A DNA stretch of 64,000 bases from Marsupella aquatica. Its lineage: Eukaryota; Plantae; Marchantiophyta. Below the pieces are notes generated by a model. That model made no database searches and was not told the DNA's origin. It saw only the letters and a list, made by a program, of their open reading frames with translations. The first letter of the stretch is position 1. Every line of letters starts with the position of its first letter. Shown here piece after piece: positions 22,911 to 34,618 of this stretch. The translations under genes were made by a program, and so were the position numbers. The stretch lies in assembly GCA_973895155.1 (NCBI GenBank), contig OZ316894.1:13122828-13186827 (forward strand). Reading direction: 5' to 3'.

Positions 22911-23306
22911 GCGCAGGAGGACGCAAGGGTAAGGCCCGAGAAATGGGCCGGGGCGCATGGCGAAGGCGCCAGGAGTTTTTTCGGTTCTATTTTTTTTTCC
23001 TTCCTTTTTCTTTCCCTCTTCCTTTTGCACGACCCTCTCATTGCCGAAAGCAAAAACGGGGTTCTTCTCTCTCTTGCCGGAAGCTCTCTCCAGATTCTAA
23101 TTATTTTTGAAGCTCTCTCTTTCATGGTGGATTAGTGGGGCTTGCTGGCGTCATTCTTCCAGGCATTAGTGGCGGCCGCACGGAGTAGTGACGGGAAATT
23201 GAGAGAATTTAAGTGATCGGGCTACGGGGGCTGTTTCGGGCCAGGGAATTGACATTGCCACGGGTGACGGGATTGGTGATTGAGAAATTGATTTCGGGAT
23301 GCATGG

Positions 23307-25163
23307 ATGCTAGATCAACCAGAGTTTAGTGCGTCACGCATTCGGAGATACAAGGCTGCTTACCGTGACTACGTGGAGACTCGGATTACACGGGAAAGGG
23401 AAGAGAGAGAAGTTATGATGAGCACGGGATTGGCAGCGGGTTCCTCACCGGTGGGTAGGAAGATTTTTCGTCGAATTTATCCCAAGACCTCCACCAAGGT
23501 GATGGAGGATTGTCGGAACATTTTCCAAGCCACCGGGCTTACAGAATTCATGAAGGTGGAGATTACCATCCCTTCAGGGAAGAGCTGGGACATTGAGGCC
23601 GGGATGGAGTTCCGAACGGAGGGAATCTACTTTGAATGTCTCAAACGTGTAGTGCCCCATGTGGAGTTGGCTAAGCTATTGTTTCTTGAGAATCAGAAAT
23701 TCTCATTCACACCTCGGAATATCAGGGGAGAACTCACGTTGAAAATGGTGGCCACTTGGGTGACCAATCCTACCTCCACCACCGCCATCCCTCTTTCTGC
23801 TGTCAAGGATGTTGAGTATAAGGGCTTCCTGGCCAAGGTGCATCAACGGGTTCTTGGCAACGTGCAATCCGGAGTGCTGAATGAGGAGCATTTCGTGGTA
23901 GCTATGGACATCAAGAACTACCCAGCCCATGTGTACGGATGGTGGTGCTACGGATTGAAGAAGCTATTGGCCGCTGAGCCCGGGAGTGTGAAACCAGGTG
24001 GGGCTGTACATTTGATGGGGTCATTTGTATTGGCCAGGGCAGAAGGGTTGATTGGTTCTCCGGGGCATGAAGACACGGGATCATCTCTCACCACGGAGAT
24101 CCGGAGTATTGCCACTACCGTTTTAGGGAAGCTCACGGAGGAATCATTGTCTGCTGGTGGGGAGGATAATAGAGAAGAAGAGAACCAGGAGGATGATTGC
24201 ACATTGGAGTGGCTTGAATCACTCGTGGGAGATCCGAAACAGCCTCTGGAATACAACATTCCGGATGTTTACTTGGCAGAGCTACGGGATTTCAGAGAGG
24301 GAGTCCACGAGGGACTCAAGCTAGTCCACGCATTGAGGGAGTCTCTCAAGCACGCCACAGTCAAAGTAGAGACGTTAGAGCAGAGCATCCTGTCACTGAA
24401 GGAGGTGATCAAGACCAAGGAGCAGACCATTCATGAGAAGGTCAGGCACATCAATGCAGCTCACGTAGAGATCACCAACTTGAAGGGAGCTTTGTCCACC
24501 AAGGCCAAGGAAGCAGAAGAAGTAGGAGCGTTGAGGCAAGCATTGGCCAAAGAGAAGCAAAATTCTGGAGAAGTGATGGAGTGGAGGAACCAGGTGGGAG
24601 CACTACGGAGTCAGGTGGCAGCCTTTGAGACACGAGCGAAGAGAAGTGAGGCCCTGAGTCTAGGGAAACGGAAGAGTCCCGGCACACCTGGCTCCACACT
24701 TTCCCCGGATGTGATCTCCCAAGCTATCGAGATGGTGGTGAAGGAGGTTAGTGGGAAGTATGGACCCTTGTTGGATGGAGCCAAGAAGAGTCAGGAGAAG
24801 AGTAAGAGCTTGGAGAAGAAGCTCCGGGAGGTACGGAAATCGTTACGGGAGGCTCAGGTCAGTACGGGGATGCCACCCAGGTCTGTCACCCCCGGGACTC
24901 CCATGGCCACGGGGCAAGTTCTACCGTTGGAGTTGCGGTCCGGAGAAGAGGCTACCCTCTGGAAGGACACAATTGGTGAGGGGTACATCAAGGCGTGGCA
25001 GGCCTTGGCTGCTTTGAGGAAGCGCGGGAGCAGCAGCACTAAGAGTACTCCGTCGAAGAAGAAGAAAAGTACGGTGGCACTCACTCCCGTGAGTGATGAG
25101 GAGGAGGACCACTCACGGGGCACAAGTCCGGGCACCGAGAGCGAAGAAGAAGAGGAGGATTAG
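23307..25163 (+). CDS. 618-aa LTR-encoded accessory protein, 3' LTR copy
   Basis: Identical to 12407-14263 except one I/V change (13220 A versus 24120 G). Confidence 0.85.
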   Translation: MLDQPEFSASRIRRYKAAYRDYVETRITREREEREVMMSTGLAAGSSPVGRKIFRRIYPKTSTKVMEDCRNIFQATGLTEFMKVEITIPSGKSWDIEAGMEFRTEGIYFECLKRVVPHVELAKLLFLENQKFSFTPRNIRGELTLKMVATWVTNPTSTTAIPLSAVKDVEYKGFLAKVHQRVLGNVQSGVLNEEHFVVAMDIKNYPAHVYGWWCYGLKKLLAAEPGSVKPGGAVHLMGSFVLARAEGLIGSPGHEDTGSSLTTEIRSIATTVLGKLTEESLSAGGEDNREEENQEDDCTLEWLESLVGDPKQPLEYNIPDVYLAELRDFREGVHEGLKLVHALRESLKHATVKVETLEQSILSLKEVIKTKEQTIHEKVRHINAAHVEITNLKGALSTKAKEAEEVGALRQALAKEKQNSGEVMEWRNQVGALRSQVAAFETRAKRSEALSLGKRKSPGTPGSTLSPDVISQAIEMVVKEVSGKYGPLLDGAKKSQEKSKSLEKKLREVRKSLREAQVSTGMPPRSVTPGTPMATGQVLPLELRSGEEATLWKDTIGEGYIKAWQALAALRKRGSSSTKSTPSKKKKSTVALTPVSDEEEDHSRGTSPGTESEEEEED

Positions 25164-26279
25164 ATAGGCGTACGGACGTGGGTGTACGGCCTCCAGATTT
25201 CCAACATTTTAGTGGGGGGTCACTCATGGGCTTGTTGGGATGAGCTCGCGGAGCTGATTCCAACAAGAGGCGGCGCTCCTCAAACGGAGCCAGGATGAGC
25301 AAGTTATGGCCTGGAGAACTTATGTTTTTGCGGTACGGAAACGGCCATAACTCAGGCGTCTGAAGTCCGTTGAGGGAGCGACTTAGTGATTCGGAAGCAG
25401 GAAAAGAAGAGCTATCCAGGGGTGAGCTCAGGTGTGCACTTGGAAGGGCACCTAGTTTCGGCCATTTTGGGGTGCCTCTCACTTTCAGGGTTCACGTGTA
25501 CTGTTGGGGCGCCGTCGAAGGCACCGTCGGCCCCCTTGTTTTGGGTTTAGGGTTTTAGCAGCATGTGTGTGCCGCATGCTCCTCTTCAGTTTAAGGATTT
25601 CTCTTAGTGCAAGGTTTTAGCGGCGCCGCTAGGGTAGCCGCCACCGTTGTGACCCTGTGAGGGGTGCTTTGGTGTGATTTTTCAGTATTTAGGGGGATAG
25701 CCCCGAAGTAGTTAGGGGGACTCAGTGTGAAGTTAGCAAGGAGGGATAGAGTGGAGCCTGAGGAGTTTGAAAGCGTGTTCAGAGTAGTGAGGGGGAGCCA
25801 TACTCATTGTCCGGAGAGGCAGGAGTTGAGTAGACGGCAGGAGGCCGGGTTACTCATGCAATGTGTATCGTTTTTCCCAAGAGATATGGATCTGTACATT
25901 TGACTTGATGGGCTTTTGTTGTGTGTTCCTTCTCCCTTTTTCGCTTTCCGAATTGTGTTCTCCCGTTCTATGATTTGAAGAAACTTGCTTGGTTTGAGTC
26001 GGCCTTGTGAGTAGGGGTGGTGACAGCACTCTTTGGGTGACTCCGAGTGAAGGTGTAGTGGGGTAGTCGGCAGGACTTGATCAAAAGCTGTGGGGTGAGG
26101 GTAGTCGGTAGACTTGATCAAAACCTACATTTCCGGGAGCGGAAACCAAAATACTCATCCTGGTGTGAAAAGAATCCAAATAGCGTCCCTCCACGACCCC
26201 GTAATACGATACCAACGGTTTAAGCGAAGAAAAGTGCGGTTTGCACGTATTAACCGTTGGAGAGGCAAGTGACAGGCTA

Positions 26280-27630
26280 ACAGGTGGTTGAGGCTTCTCT
26301 GCTACCGGCCTCGGTGCTGGAGCTTCCTCGGGTACCCTTACCTGCAGGGGAAGTACTGGGGCAAAGGTCTGACCTCTGGCATACCGGCACAACAGCGGCA
26401 TGTGATAGCCAAGCCGCGACACGCTCCCCATGCCGATTACCTGCTGCTCCTCCTTTAAGATTTTCTTCAATTGGTTGAGGAGGTACCCGTTGTAGTCCCG
26501 GCTTGGGTCTGGCCTCTCTGCCAAATAGACCTGTGCCTTGCCAATCTCTGCCCTCGGCAAGTTACAATGCATGGTCACCCGCAAGAAGTCGATCATCTCT
26601 CCTATGTGCGGGTTGGTGCAGGTGTTCCGGAAGAAGCCATTCTTCGTTGATGGCCCAGGGAACGACCGGAACTCTTTGTCAGGCAAGGTCTTCCTGGTAT
26701 CAACCTTGGTCTTATTGCCCATCGGCAAGCCAAACACTTCGGCAATTACCTTGGGAGTAAGATAGAAATCCTTCCCATATATCCTCGTGCAATTGGTCTT
26801 GGGTTCCCATGACCCCACGAATTCTAATAGGTCTGAATCCGGCACCTCCGGCTTCAGCCATGGTAATCTTACAAAGGCCTCTAAGCCGGATCCGGCCATG
26901 AAGCCTTGGTACTTCTTGGTCTGCATGGCCGTAAAGCATGCATCCTCCTCTCGTGCAAAATGTAGTTGCACCTCCACTGGTAGGGTTGCCGCCCAGCCTT
27001 TCCAAGTGTCATCCCTGGTTGGAATGGCATTGATGGGATCGACCTCCTCCTCTTTGGCTTCTCCCTGCCTCCTGCTCTGCTGCTCGGCTGGCTTCTTTGG
27101 TGCCGCCGACCTCGTTCTTTTTGTCGGGGTGGCTTCATCATTGACGGCTCCCTTCCTCTTCATCTCTGCTGCCGTGGAGGTTTCTCCTAGCACCGTTGCC
27201 TGGGTCCACCTTTCCGTGCTACCCTTCAATTCCCAGTGTATGTCGTTGCAGTTCTTGATGGCCTCTCGAATGCCGATGATTCTGTCTTCGCAAAACAGAA
27301 TATCGTCGAGCTGATTGGAAGTAGGAGTCCACAAGAACTCGGCCTTGATGAGCTCGCCTCCTAAGAAAGCCGTCTTCTGCAGCTCCCACAATCGAGCGAG
27401 CTCCTGTCATTCTCGAGCTGCCCTTTCTGATTCTTCGTCCTCGTAAGTCTTGATGTACTCAGTTGCCCGTTCGAATAGGCATCCCCAGAAATGTGCCGCT
27501 TGATTGACGTTGCTCATACCCTCCTTGAGTTGATCGTTGGTATCTGTTCCCACCCTGAGTGCTTGTCTAAGCAGCTGACAGCATTTGGCCTCCCGTAGTC
27601 ATCTGCCTAGTTCGTTCTTGCAAATGAGCC
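26280..27630 (-). pseudogene. N-terminal part of the family B LTR-encoded ORF (resembles plant retrotransposon accessory domains)
   Basis: Contains GLEAFVRLPW..LLEFV..TRIYGKDFYLTPKVIAEVFGLPMG..KNGFFRNTCTN. Removing element A and one TSD copy restores the frame (..QPPVS-PTIEQVF..) into 10978. One stop near 27408. The start position is approximate. Confidence 0.8.
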
Positions 27631-27898
27631 ACTATTCCTCGCGAGCGGTCCTTACCCCTCTCCTCTTCCGGTCCTTCCTTCCGTTGATCCTTCCTAGCCG
27701 CCGATGCTTAGCGCGCCCTAACCCTAATCAAGTTTTCACCCCCAGCGTCCTTACCTCCGGCCTCGGCCCGGGTTCCATAGTCGCCCCTAATTGTTTATAT
27801 TTTCCTTGTTTTGTCCCTATACTAAGGTGTTTCTAGGGTGCATTCCTGCTTTACCCACTTAACTGGCCGAGTGATTCCTGGCTAGGCATCACAAAAAT

Positions 27899-28457
27899 GA
27901 GTGGACATGAAATCGCACGTGGATAAGAGGACCGAATAAGGCTATGGTTCAAAGGCTAAAGGATCGAAAACAAAGGAACGAAAGCTCTAAGGAAGCTCGG
28001 CGGAGACTAAAATTGTGTCCAACATGTTTGGGGGAAATCATCGATGAGCTTGAGGCCGAGACCTGACCTGATGATTGAGCTGAGTTTAGTGGAGAGACCT
28101 GAGTTAGGAGATGAGCCACCGAAAAACACTTTGTAAACCCGAACCAAACTTCATATTTTTGAAAACGATTGAAATAAAAAGTTGAGTTTGAATTATTTTA
28201 TGTGATCAAAATGATGAAATGCTCTTGTGGTAAAAAATTTTAATTGTTATGGAAATGTGAGTGATGCATGGAATTTAGATGAAAGTAGAAACTTAGTGTC
28301 TTAAGTTAAAATAGCTTAGTGTAATTTCATATTAAAAATGGAAACTAATTAGAATTAAGAAAGATTAAACTAACTTAAGAAAATATTATGATAAATCCAA
28401 GTCCCTAAAAATATTAAAAGGTCTACTTTTATACCGCTTTAAACTGGTCCCCGGACA
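27899..28457 (+). mobile_element. Probable 5' LTR of gypsy element D, right part
   Basis: Ends ...CCGGACA and is followed 4 nt later by a PBS, then by gag. Confidence 0.65.
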
Positions 28458-28461
28458 TAAG

Positions 28462-28479
28462 TGGCGACCATACTGGGGA
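28462..28479 (+). other. Primer binding site, tRNA-Arg-like
   Basis: TGGCGACCATACTGGGGA resembles TGGCGACTCCACTGGGGA, the complement of the plant tRNA-Arg 3' end. Confidence 0.7.
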
Positions 28480-28946
28480 ACTCGCGGAATCATTAGTTTT
28501 AGGGACATGCGATTAGTGTATGGGAAAGCCATTAGAAACTGTTGAACGTGAGAAGAATAGGGGTCCGAGTGAGACGAAACTAGAAAAGGCAAATGAAGAT
28601 AAGACAAGAGTTAGGGAAGGGCGAGAGGAACGATCGTTGAGGACCATAGGTTCATTTAGGGTTGAGAACTTAAGAGAGGCGAGCAGAAGGGCAGCCATGG
28701 GTCGAGGGAATTAAATATGAGAATAAATAATTAGGGTTGCTTAATATGAATGATTGATTGGATGAGAGATTGATTGATAGAGGATGAACTAGGTTTCTTA
28801 ATCTCTTGAGAGGCAGTTCGACAGTGGCAGCTCAAAGAGCTGAGAGGCTGATCAACTGTGAATGGTTGGAAACAACTGATTTGTTGTGACCAAACTTTCG
28901 AGGGAAGAGAGAGTGAAACCATAGTTTGAGGATTGTCGACTTGTGC

Positions 28947-30710
28947 ATGGATTCAGACGCGGGTCCTAATATAGAGAGTTTTTCTGAGGCTTTCAGAAAA
29001 GAAGAGACTATGGAGGATATGATTAGGATGATGGCGGCTGCCATGCAGCTAATGAAGAGAGAGGATGCGATTAGTGAACGTGAAAGGAGAGAGAGGGAAA
29101 CAGTAGAAAGGAGGGAGAGAGACCAGGAGATGAGGGCATTGAGATGCCTTCAAGCGGTACTCACAAATAGAGGTAGGTTTGATGGGCGGGATGTTACCCG
29201 ATTTTTAGAAGAGTATAAGACACAAGTCGAGATACAAATGGTGGATGAGGTTGTGGCGATCCAAAAGTTCATCACGGTTGTTGAGATGAGTTTGAAGGGG
29301 TCAGTTCAGGTTTTGGTAGATAAGTCAGTAGAGGATAGGACTTGGAGGGACTTTGAGCGTAGAATGAAAGAGGAATTTCAGTTAGAGGATTCGAGTAGGG
29401 AAACTCACACTTCCTTCCTAGATTGGGTTAACGAGAGAGACAAGAGGCTTGAGCCACAACAGTTACTTCGAGAGTTCACTCGAAGGATGAGCCAGCTCCC
29501 TTGGCGTGATGTGAGAATTATTGAGCTCCAGAAGTCAGAGCTGTTTTTGAGAGCAGCAGGGGAGCAGCTTAGGGATGAACTAGAAAATGCCATGGATCTA
29601 TTAGAACCCACTTGGGCGGAAGGACCAGCGGATTGGAGTCTGGTCGAGAGGGCAGTAATGAGAGTGAATGAGCGTAGGAGGAGAAGAGAAAATGACAGAG
29701 AAGCCACAAGAGAGGTGGTAAGGAGGAGGGAGAGTGAGAGAGAGGTCACCAGGGATGTAGTTGGGAGGAGAGAAGATGTCGAGAGGAGGGTGCAGGTGGA
29801 AGGGTCCAGCACGGCTGACCTAGAGAAAATTGCTGAAGGAATAAGGCTTTTAACCTCCCATGTGATAGAGCAGAGGTCTCAGAGGACTGAGATTCCAAGA
29901 AGGGAACCAGCTGAGAGGAGGCCGAATGCTTTGTGTATGTGGTGTGATTCAAAAGATCACACCAGAAATGAATGTAGGGAGTTGACGGAGGCCCTAAAAG
30001 AGCAATGGGTCAAGTTTGTAGGGGAACCAGGGAAGAAAAGGCTAGCATACTTTGATGATGGGGAAGGGGTTCCATTAAACTTTGGGAAAGGAGGGATGAA
30101 GGTGCTTGTTGAAAAGCATAGGGGAAAGGCAAAGGTTGGGGCAATGATGTATGAGCCTAGGGTTTATGTAGCAGAACGGGATAGAGTAGAGGCGAGTGGT
30201 GGTACCAGGTCTAACTTTGATGAGGTGAGTGAGAAGAGATATGCTGAGTATTTGCGGAGGGAAACTGGTTGGAAAGCACCAGTTTTTGTGAACTCTATTC
30301 AGCAAGGGAAGGACAGTTCCGAGGTAATAGTAGAGGTGAAACAAAGGGATTCATGGGAATCATTTAGTAGTAAAGAGGGGGAAAAGAGAGAAGGAGAGTC
30401 AGGGGAGATTAAGAGGGAAGAACCAGGGACGAGTTCTAAGGTAGAGCAGAAAGGGAGAGGGAAGGTAGGAGGAAAGAAACCAGGGTGGGTATTAGGGAGG
30501 GAAATTGAGTGGGAGGTTGACTTTAATGCAGTTGGTGCCAAATTTTGGAACCAAGAAGTGAGAGGTCTAACAAACAAGGAGGTAATAGGGTTTATGAGGA
30601 GAGATGTGCAAGATGTTATCTTGACACAGGTCAAGAGAAAACGCATCCTAAAGGAAGGGCCACAAGGGGTGGCATGTACCTTGGCAGAAGAAGGGAGTTT
30701 TGACTCGGAG
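28947..30710 (+). CDS. Gag of gypsy element D, 3'-truncated at a LINE junction
   Basis: Gag-like N-terminus GRFDGRDVTRFLEEY and knuckle CMWCDSKDHTRNEC, downstream of LTR and PBS. The C-terminus matches the gag-protease fragment at 34892-35509. Confidence 0.85.
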
Positions 30711-32695
30711 GGTAACAGAGGTGGTGAAATGCTATGAATTGGCAACAGGGGCTCGCCTTAACTTACGGAAATCCACTGTTATACCACTAGTAACGACAAC
30801 GCCATGGTGGCTCAAGGATACTGGCTGTGTGATCAGTGGTAGGGGGGAACTCCAGAAATACCTCGGAGCTCCACTAGGGGTAGACCTGAAAACGGAGCAG
30901 CTGCACAGCTATGTATTGGATAAGATTGGACAAAGGCTTTCATCCTGGGCCAACAAGATGTTGACATTCACAGGCAGAACTCTGCTTATAAGGCACATTT
31001 TTCAGGCAATACCAGTATACCACTCGATGTTCCTAAAGGCTTCTAATGCGTTGGCAAGAAAAATGACTGCACTTTGTAGAGACTTTCTGTGGGGGTATAA
31101 TAAGGAGGGAGGTAGGCGGGTACCACTGGTCTCCTGGGCTTGCATCTCTCGCCCTAAGACGGAGGGGGGACTTGGAATCAAGGATTTCAGAAGCCATTCG
31201 GATGCATTACTCGCCAAATGGTTTACTAGGGCGCTGGATTCCCCCAGACCGGAATGGGCCTGCTTGTTTGCTGCAAATTTGAAATTGATTGGATGGGCCA
31301 ACTATAAGGTAGTAAGGAGAAACAACTACACGTTTAGGGACAAGATGTTGCTCTGCTGTCCGCGAGCACTTCATGGACTAGCATATACAGGTGGGCTTTG
31401 GAAGGCATGGGAACAGCTACGGGTGAATTTGATATTCTGCTCCACGGATCGAATACCAGGAAGATGGGCAGTAGGGGACACAATCAGGTGCTTGAAAGGC
31501 TTCTAGGCATGGAGCAATGAGGACATGGCTGCTGTCACAAGGCTCTGTGGGCGACTGGGCATTCAGTGTATACATGATCTGTGGGCGACTGGGCATTCAG
31601 TGTATACATGATCTGTGGGCGGAGGAGAGATAGGGATGGAGAATGGTGAATGAGAGACGGGAGAACCTGAGGGGATTTTCACTGGAACACCGTAATCTGG
31701 GAAGGAAATTCATGGATGCACTAGTGAGCATCAGACAGTGTGTTTGGGGCTATGAGCCTGGTCCTTGATGCTGGTGTTGGGCAGACTATCCGGATCCACT
31801 GAAGAGCTTTGGAATCCAGAATAGGAGAGCTTATAGGATGATCAGGACTGAGTGTAGCGACACCCCCAGTCTGAACAGAATGTGGGGGACATCCAGGACA
31901 GCGGGGGAGTGGAATGTAGGATGGACTGGTATATGGAGATCTGGGTTGACTATGAGGGCTAAGACTTTTCTGTGGAGGATAATTGCATCTGGTCTGTTTA
32001 CTGGAGTGAGGGCGATAAAGATAGGTAAAGGAACCGGTGAGTGCAAGCTGTGTCCTGGGATTCTAGAATCCATTCCCCACCTCTTCATTGACTGTGCACA
32101 TGCACAGCAATGCTGGGCTTTATGTGCGGGATGTTTTGATGGTGCATTTGCGGATCTCTCTAGAGGCCTGATTGGGATGCTTGACTCTGCTTTTGGAAGG
32201 AACCCATGTAAAGTAGTGAAATTGTTTATGTTATACCAGATCCTCTAGACGCTGTGGAATGGCAGGAATGAACACATGTTCAAGACAGAGGGAACCAGAA
32301 AGTTGGACCTGCGCTTTATGCTCTCTGAAGTGGCGGACCATGTCTCTGCGGTGATACTCACCTTACCGGCTTGTAATAGAAGAACGAGGCTACTTAGGGC
32401 CAAGGAAATGGTAAATAGGGAAAGGGTGCTATGGATTAACCGGAGGGATATCTGGATCACTTCAGGTTCGAAGTAGAGTTTGTTTGAGGATGATGGTTTG
32501 TAGATGATGAAGGTTCTGTCTATCAATTAAGGGTACTGTTATAGGTTGATGGGCTGCCCTTGGATGCACTCTAGGACTTGAGACACTTGCACTATTGGCT
32601 GTTTGGAATACTGGTGTCCCCTTTGCTGATGCTGCTAAATTCTGATTGTTCCCCTTGCTGCGGGGCTTTCGTGGCTCAAATTTATAAAATTAAAA
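30711..32695 (+). mobile_element. 5'-truncated L1-type LINE (end of RT, zf-RVT, 3' UTR), degenerate
   Basis: ATGARLNLRKS, KYLGAPLG, LSSWANKMLTFTGRTLLI, PKTEGGLGI, and KTFLWR..CKLC...ESIPHLFIDC. A-rich end near 32685-32695. Confidence 0.9.
31544..31620. repeat. 34-bp tandem duplication that frameshifts LINE ORF2
   Basis: TCTGTGGGCGACTGGGCATTCAGTGTATACATGA occurs twice plus a partial third copy. Confidence 0.9.
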
Positions 32696-32699
32696 TGGA

Positions 32700-34613
32700 T
32701 TTAAGGAAAGATGTAATAGCAGGCTTCGGGGTAGTGGTGAAGCGACCGCCCAATGTAGCAGTAGGATGGCATGGTGTGGGTGCTGTTGTTGTCTGCTGAC
32801 GTCGTCGAAATTGCCGAGACTCCAATGAAATTGGCACCAATGGTCGTGGATCACTCCGCAAGTGGTACCTGGGTATTGGTGGCGATGAGCTGCTACCTCC
32901 CGGCTTGTCGGATGACATGCTGCATGCTCACCCGGGGTGCCAATGGGAAAGAAATTGACAAGAAAAAGGAATGGCAGCCCCAAGGCTAGGAAATAAAACC
33001 CACAAAGGAGACAAACGGTGCAAGGTAGCAATGTGTTGAATGTGTAAACACATAGAAAAACCGTCACAGAGAAAAACCGTCGGCAAAGAAAAGCCCCTTA
33101 AAAACTCCGGAAAGTTGGCGGCAATAAATAAATCCGGGAAAATAAAATAGAAGTGCCCCCCCCCCTTAAGTGTATACATTGGGCCCCTATGTGGACCCAA
33201 AAACTGGCAGGAAAAGGGAAACCAAAGAGGCGCGCGTCAGCGGGAAAAGAAAACCGGGGCAAGTGGGACACAGTATCGGGGCACGGTGCTCTATGGAGGT
33301 TGTTGATGGCAAGGTAAGAGCAAACGGAAAGTAACAGGCCCTACAAAATGTGAAAGGGCCCCCTTGAAGTGTATACACATCAGCCCAATGTGGACCCGAG
33401 AGATGGAAACAGGTCGATCGTTGCACGGCAAAAAAGCGAGACAAGCCAAAAAAGGCGAAAAGAAAACGGGAAGAGTGAGGCGAAGAAAAAGAAATGAGCC
33501 CTGCATAGGGCTTCGCACCCCCCTCCTTATGAGCTCCCGAAGCCTCCTTGGGGCTTCGTGCCCTGGCAGGCCTAAGTACTCCCATGTGAGGGAGTTTGAA
33601 TTGAACTCCCCTCCCGTCCCCTCCCCTCCTTTAATGCAGCTTAGGGCCTTGTGCCCTCTCTTGGCACTCTCGCTCCCCCTCCTGGCCTCCTTTTATTGCA
33701 GCATAGGGCCTTGTGCCCACTCCTTGCGCTCCTGCTCCCCTCCTCCTGGCTTTAATGCTGTTGAAGGGCTTAGTGCCTTGCAAGAGGACTCCCGAAAGGA
33801 GTCTACGTTTACTCCCCCCCCTCGTTAATGCACTATGGGCCTCCCAAGAAGAAGGGAGTTGAATGTGAACTCCCCCTCTTTAATTTAGCATAGGCCTCCG
33901 TGCCTTCTGCTCCCAAGGGAAGCAAGTCGCTCCCCCTCCCCTACGTTAATCATTGCGTGCGGAAGGTCGAGGCGAGGAAGAAAAATGCAAAAGGGAGGGG
34001 TGACTGTGGGAACGTGACCCTATGCCCGGCTGATGTGCTCCAATGTACTCGATGCTCCAAGAAGTAGTCACGGGGTGGCCCAGGCTGTCGAGAGGTGGTT
34101 GCGCGGTAGTCGACGCAGCCGAGAGGTGATCAGAAAACACCAAAAAATGGCCCAAAAAAAGGTCGTGGCAATCGGCAGCGGTAGTATAAAAAGTCGGGAA
34201 CAAAAGCACGGGCTCAAATGGGGGCGTTATGTGTATAGTTAAGTATACACATAACACCACATTAAACCCATAACTTTCAACCCGCCATTCAAATGCTGCT
34301 CAAAGAAATTGCACCGGCTTTGACGGAAATTGTATGTACCGACCTAAGCAACTGAGACGAGAATGTCTCCAATCTTCTTCCCTTCATTGGGAGTTATTCT
34401 TGAATAAAAGGCGTAAGAGAAACAAGCGTACTGAAATTGAATCGAAAACCGGCGAGATGCCAAGATCAACCGGGAGCATCTAACGAATCACTGTGTGAAT
34501 CCCGTGTACGGAACCGATGAGCACTATCTGAGCTCTGTCAACAGCAATTCAAGAAGAACTGAAGAACGACAAAGAAAAACATGCCCTAAGTAGGACCGGG
34601 TCCAGGCGTCACA
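32700..34613 (-). mobile_element. Truncated LTR-like fragment resembling the start of the element A LTR
   Basis: The minus strand starts TGTGACGCC at 34613, where gag-pol homology ends. It then shows degenerate GGGGGAGTT/AGGGCC repeats (33500-33945) and T-rich tracts, in the same order as 10979-12200. Confidence 0.5.
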
Positions 34614-34618
34614 CTATC

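Larger units (their letters stand above)
10979..26274 (+). mobile_element. Intact, very young non-chromovirus Ty3/gypsy LTR retrotransposon (element A, Athila/Phygy-like), 15.3 kb
   Basis: TG...CA LTRs at 10979-15374 and 21993-26274. Perfect 5-bp TSD GGCTA (10974-10978 and 26275-26279). PBS, PPT and an uninterrupted gag-pol. No chromodomain. Confidence 0.97.
21993..26274 (+). repeat. 3' LTR of element A (4282 bp)
   Basis: Matches the 5' LTR apart from about 4 substitutions seen by eye and a tandem array that is 114 bp shorter. Confidence 0.97.
7925..27893 (-). mobile_element. Solo LTR, family B (about 4.67 kb once nested element A is removed)
   Basis: Termini TGTGGTGC...GCATCACA form a 7/8 inverted repeat. 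Flanks GAAAT (7920-7924) and AAAAT (27894-27898) are a 4/5 TSD. The same left boundary recurs at 61132 in a different flank. No gag-pol lies between the ends. Confidence 0.8.

Noticed and set aside
21993-26274. The 4.3-kb duplication as an assembly error or segmental gene duplication
   Set aside because: It has a TSD, PBS, PPT, an enclosed gag-pol and a few real differences between copies, so it is an LTR pair.
26081-26279. C-terminal ~65 aa of ORF 26081-27391 and the first residues of ORF 9925-10998
   Set aside because: These are chimeric read-through into the element A LTR. The true frame joins 26280 to 10978.
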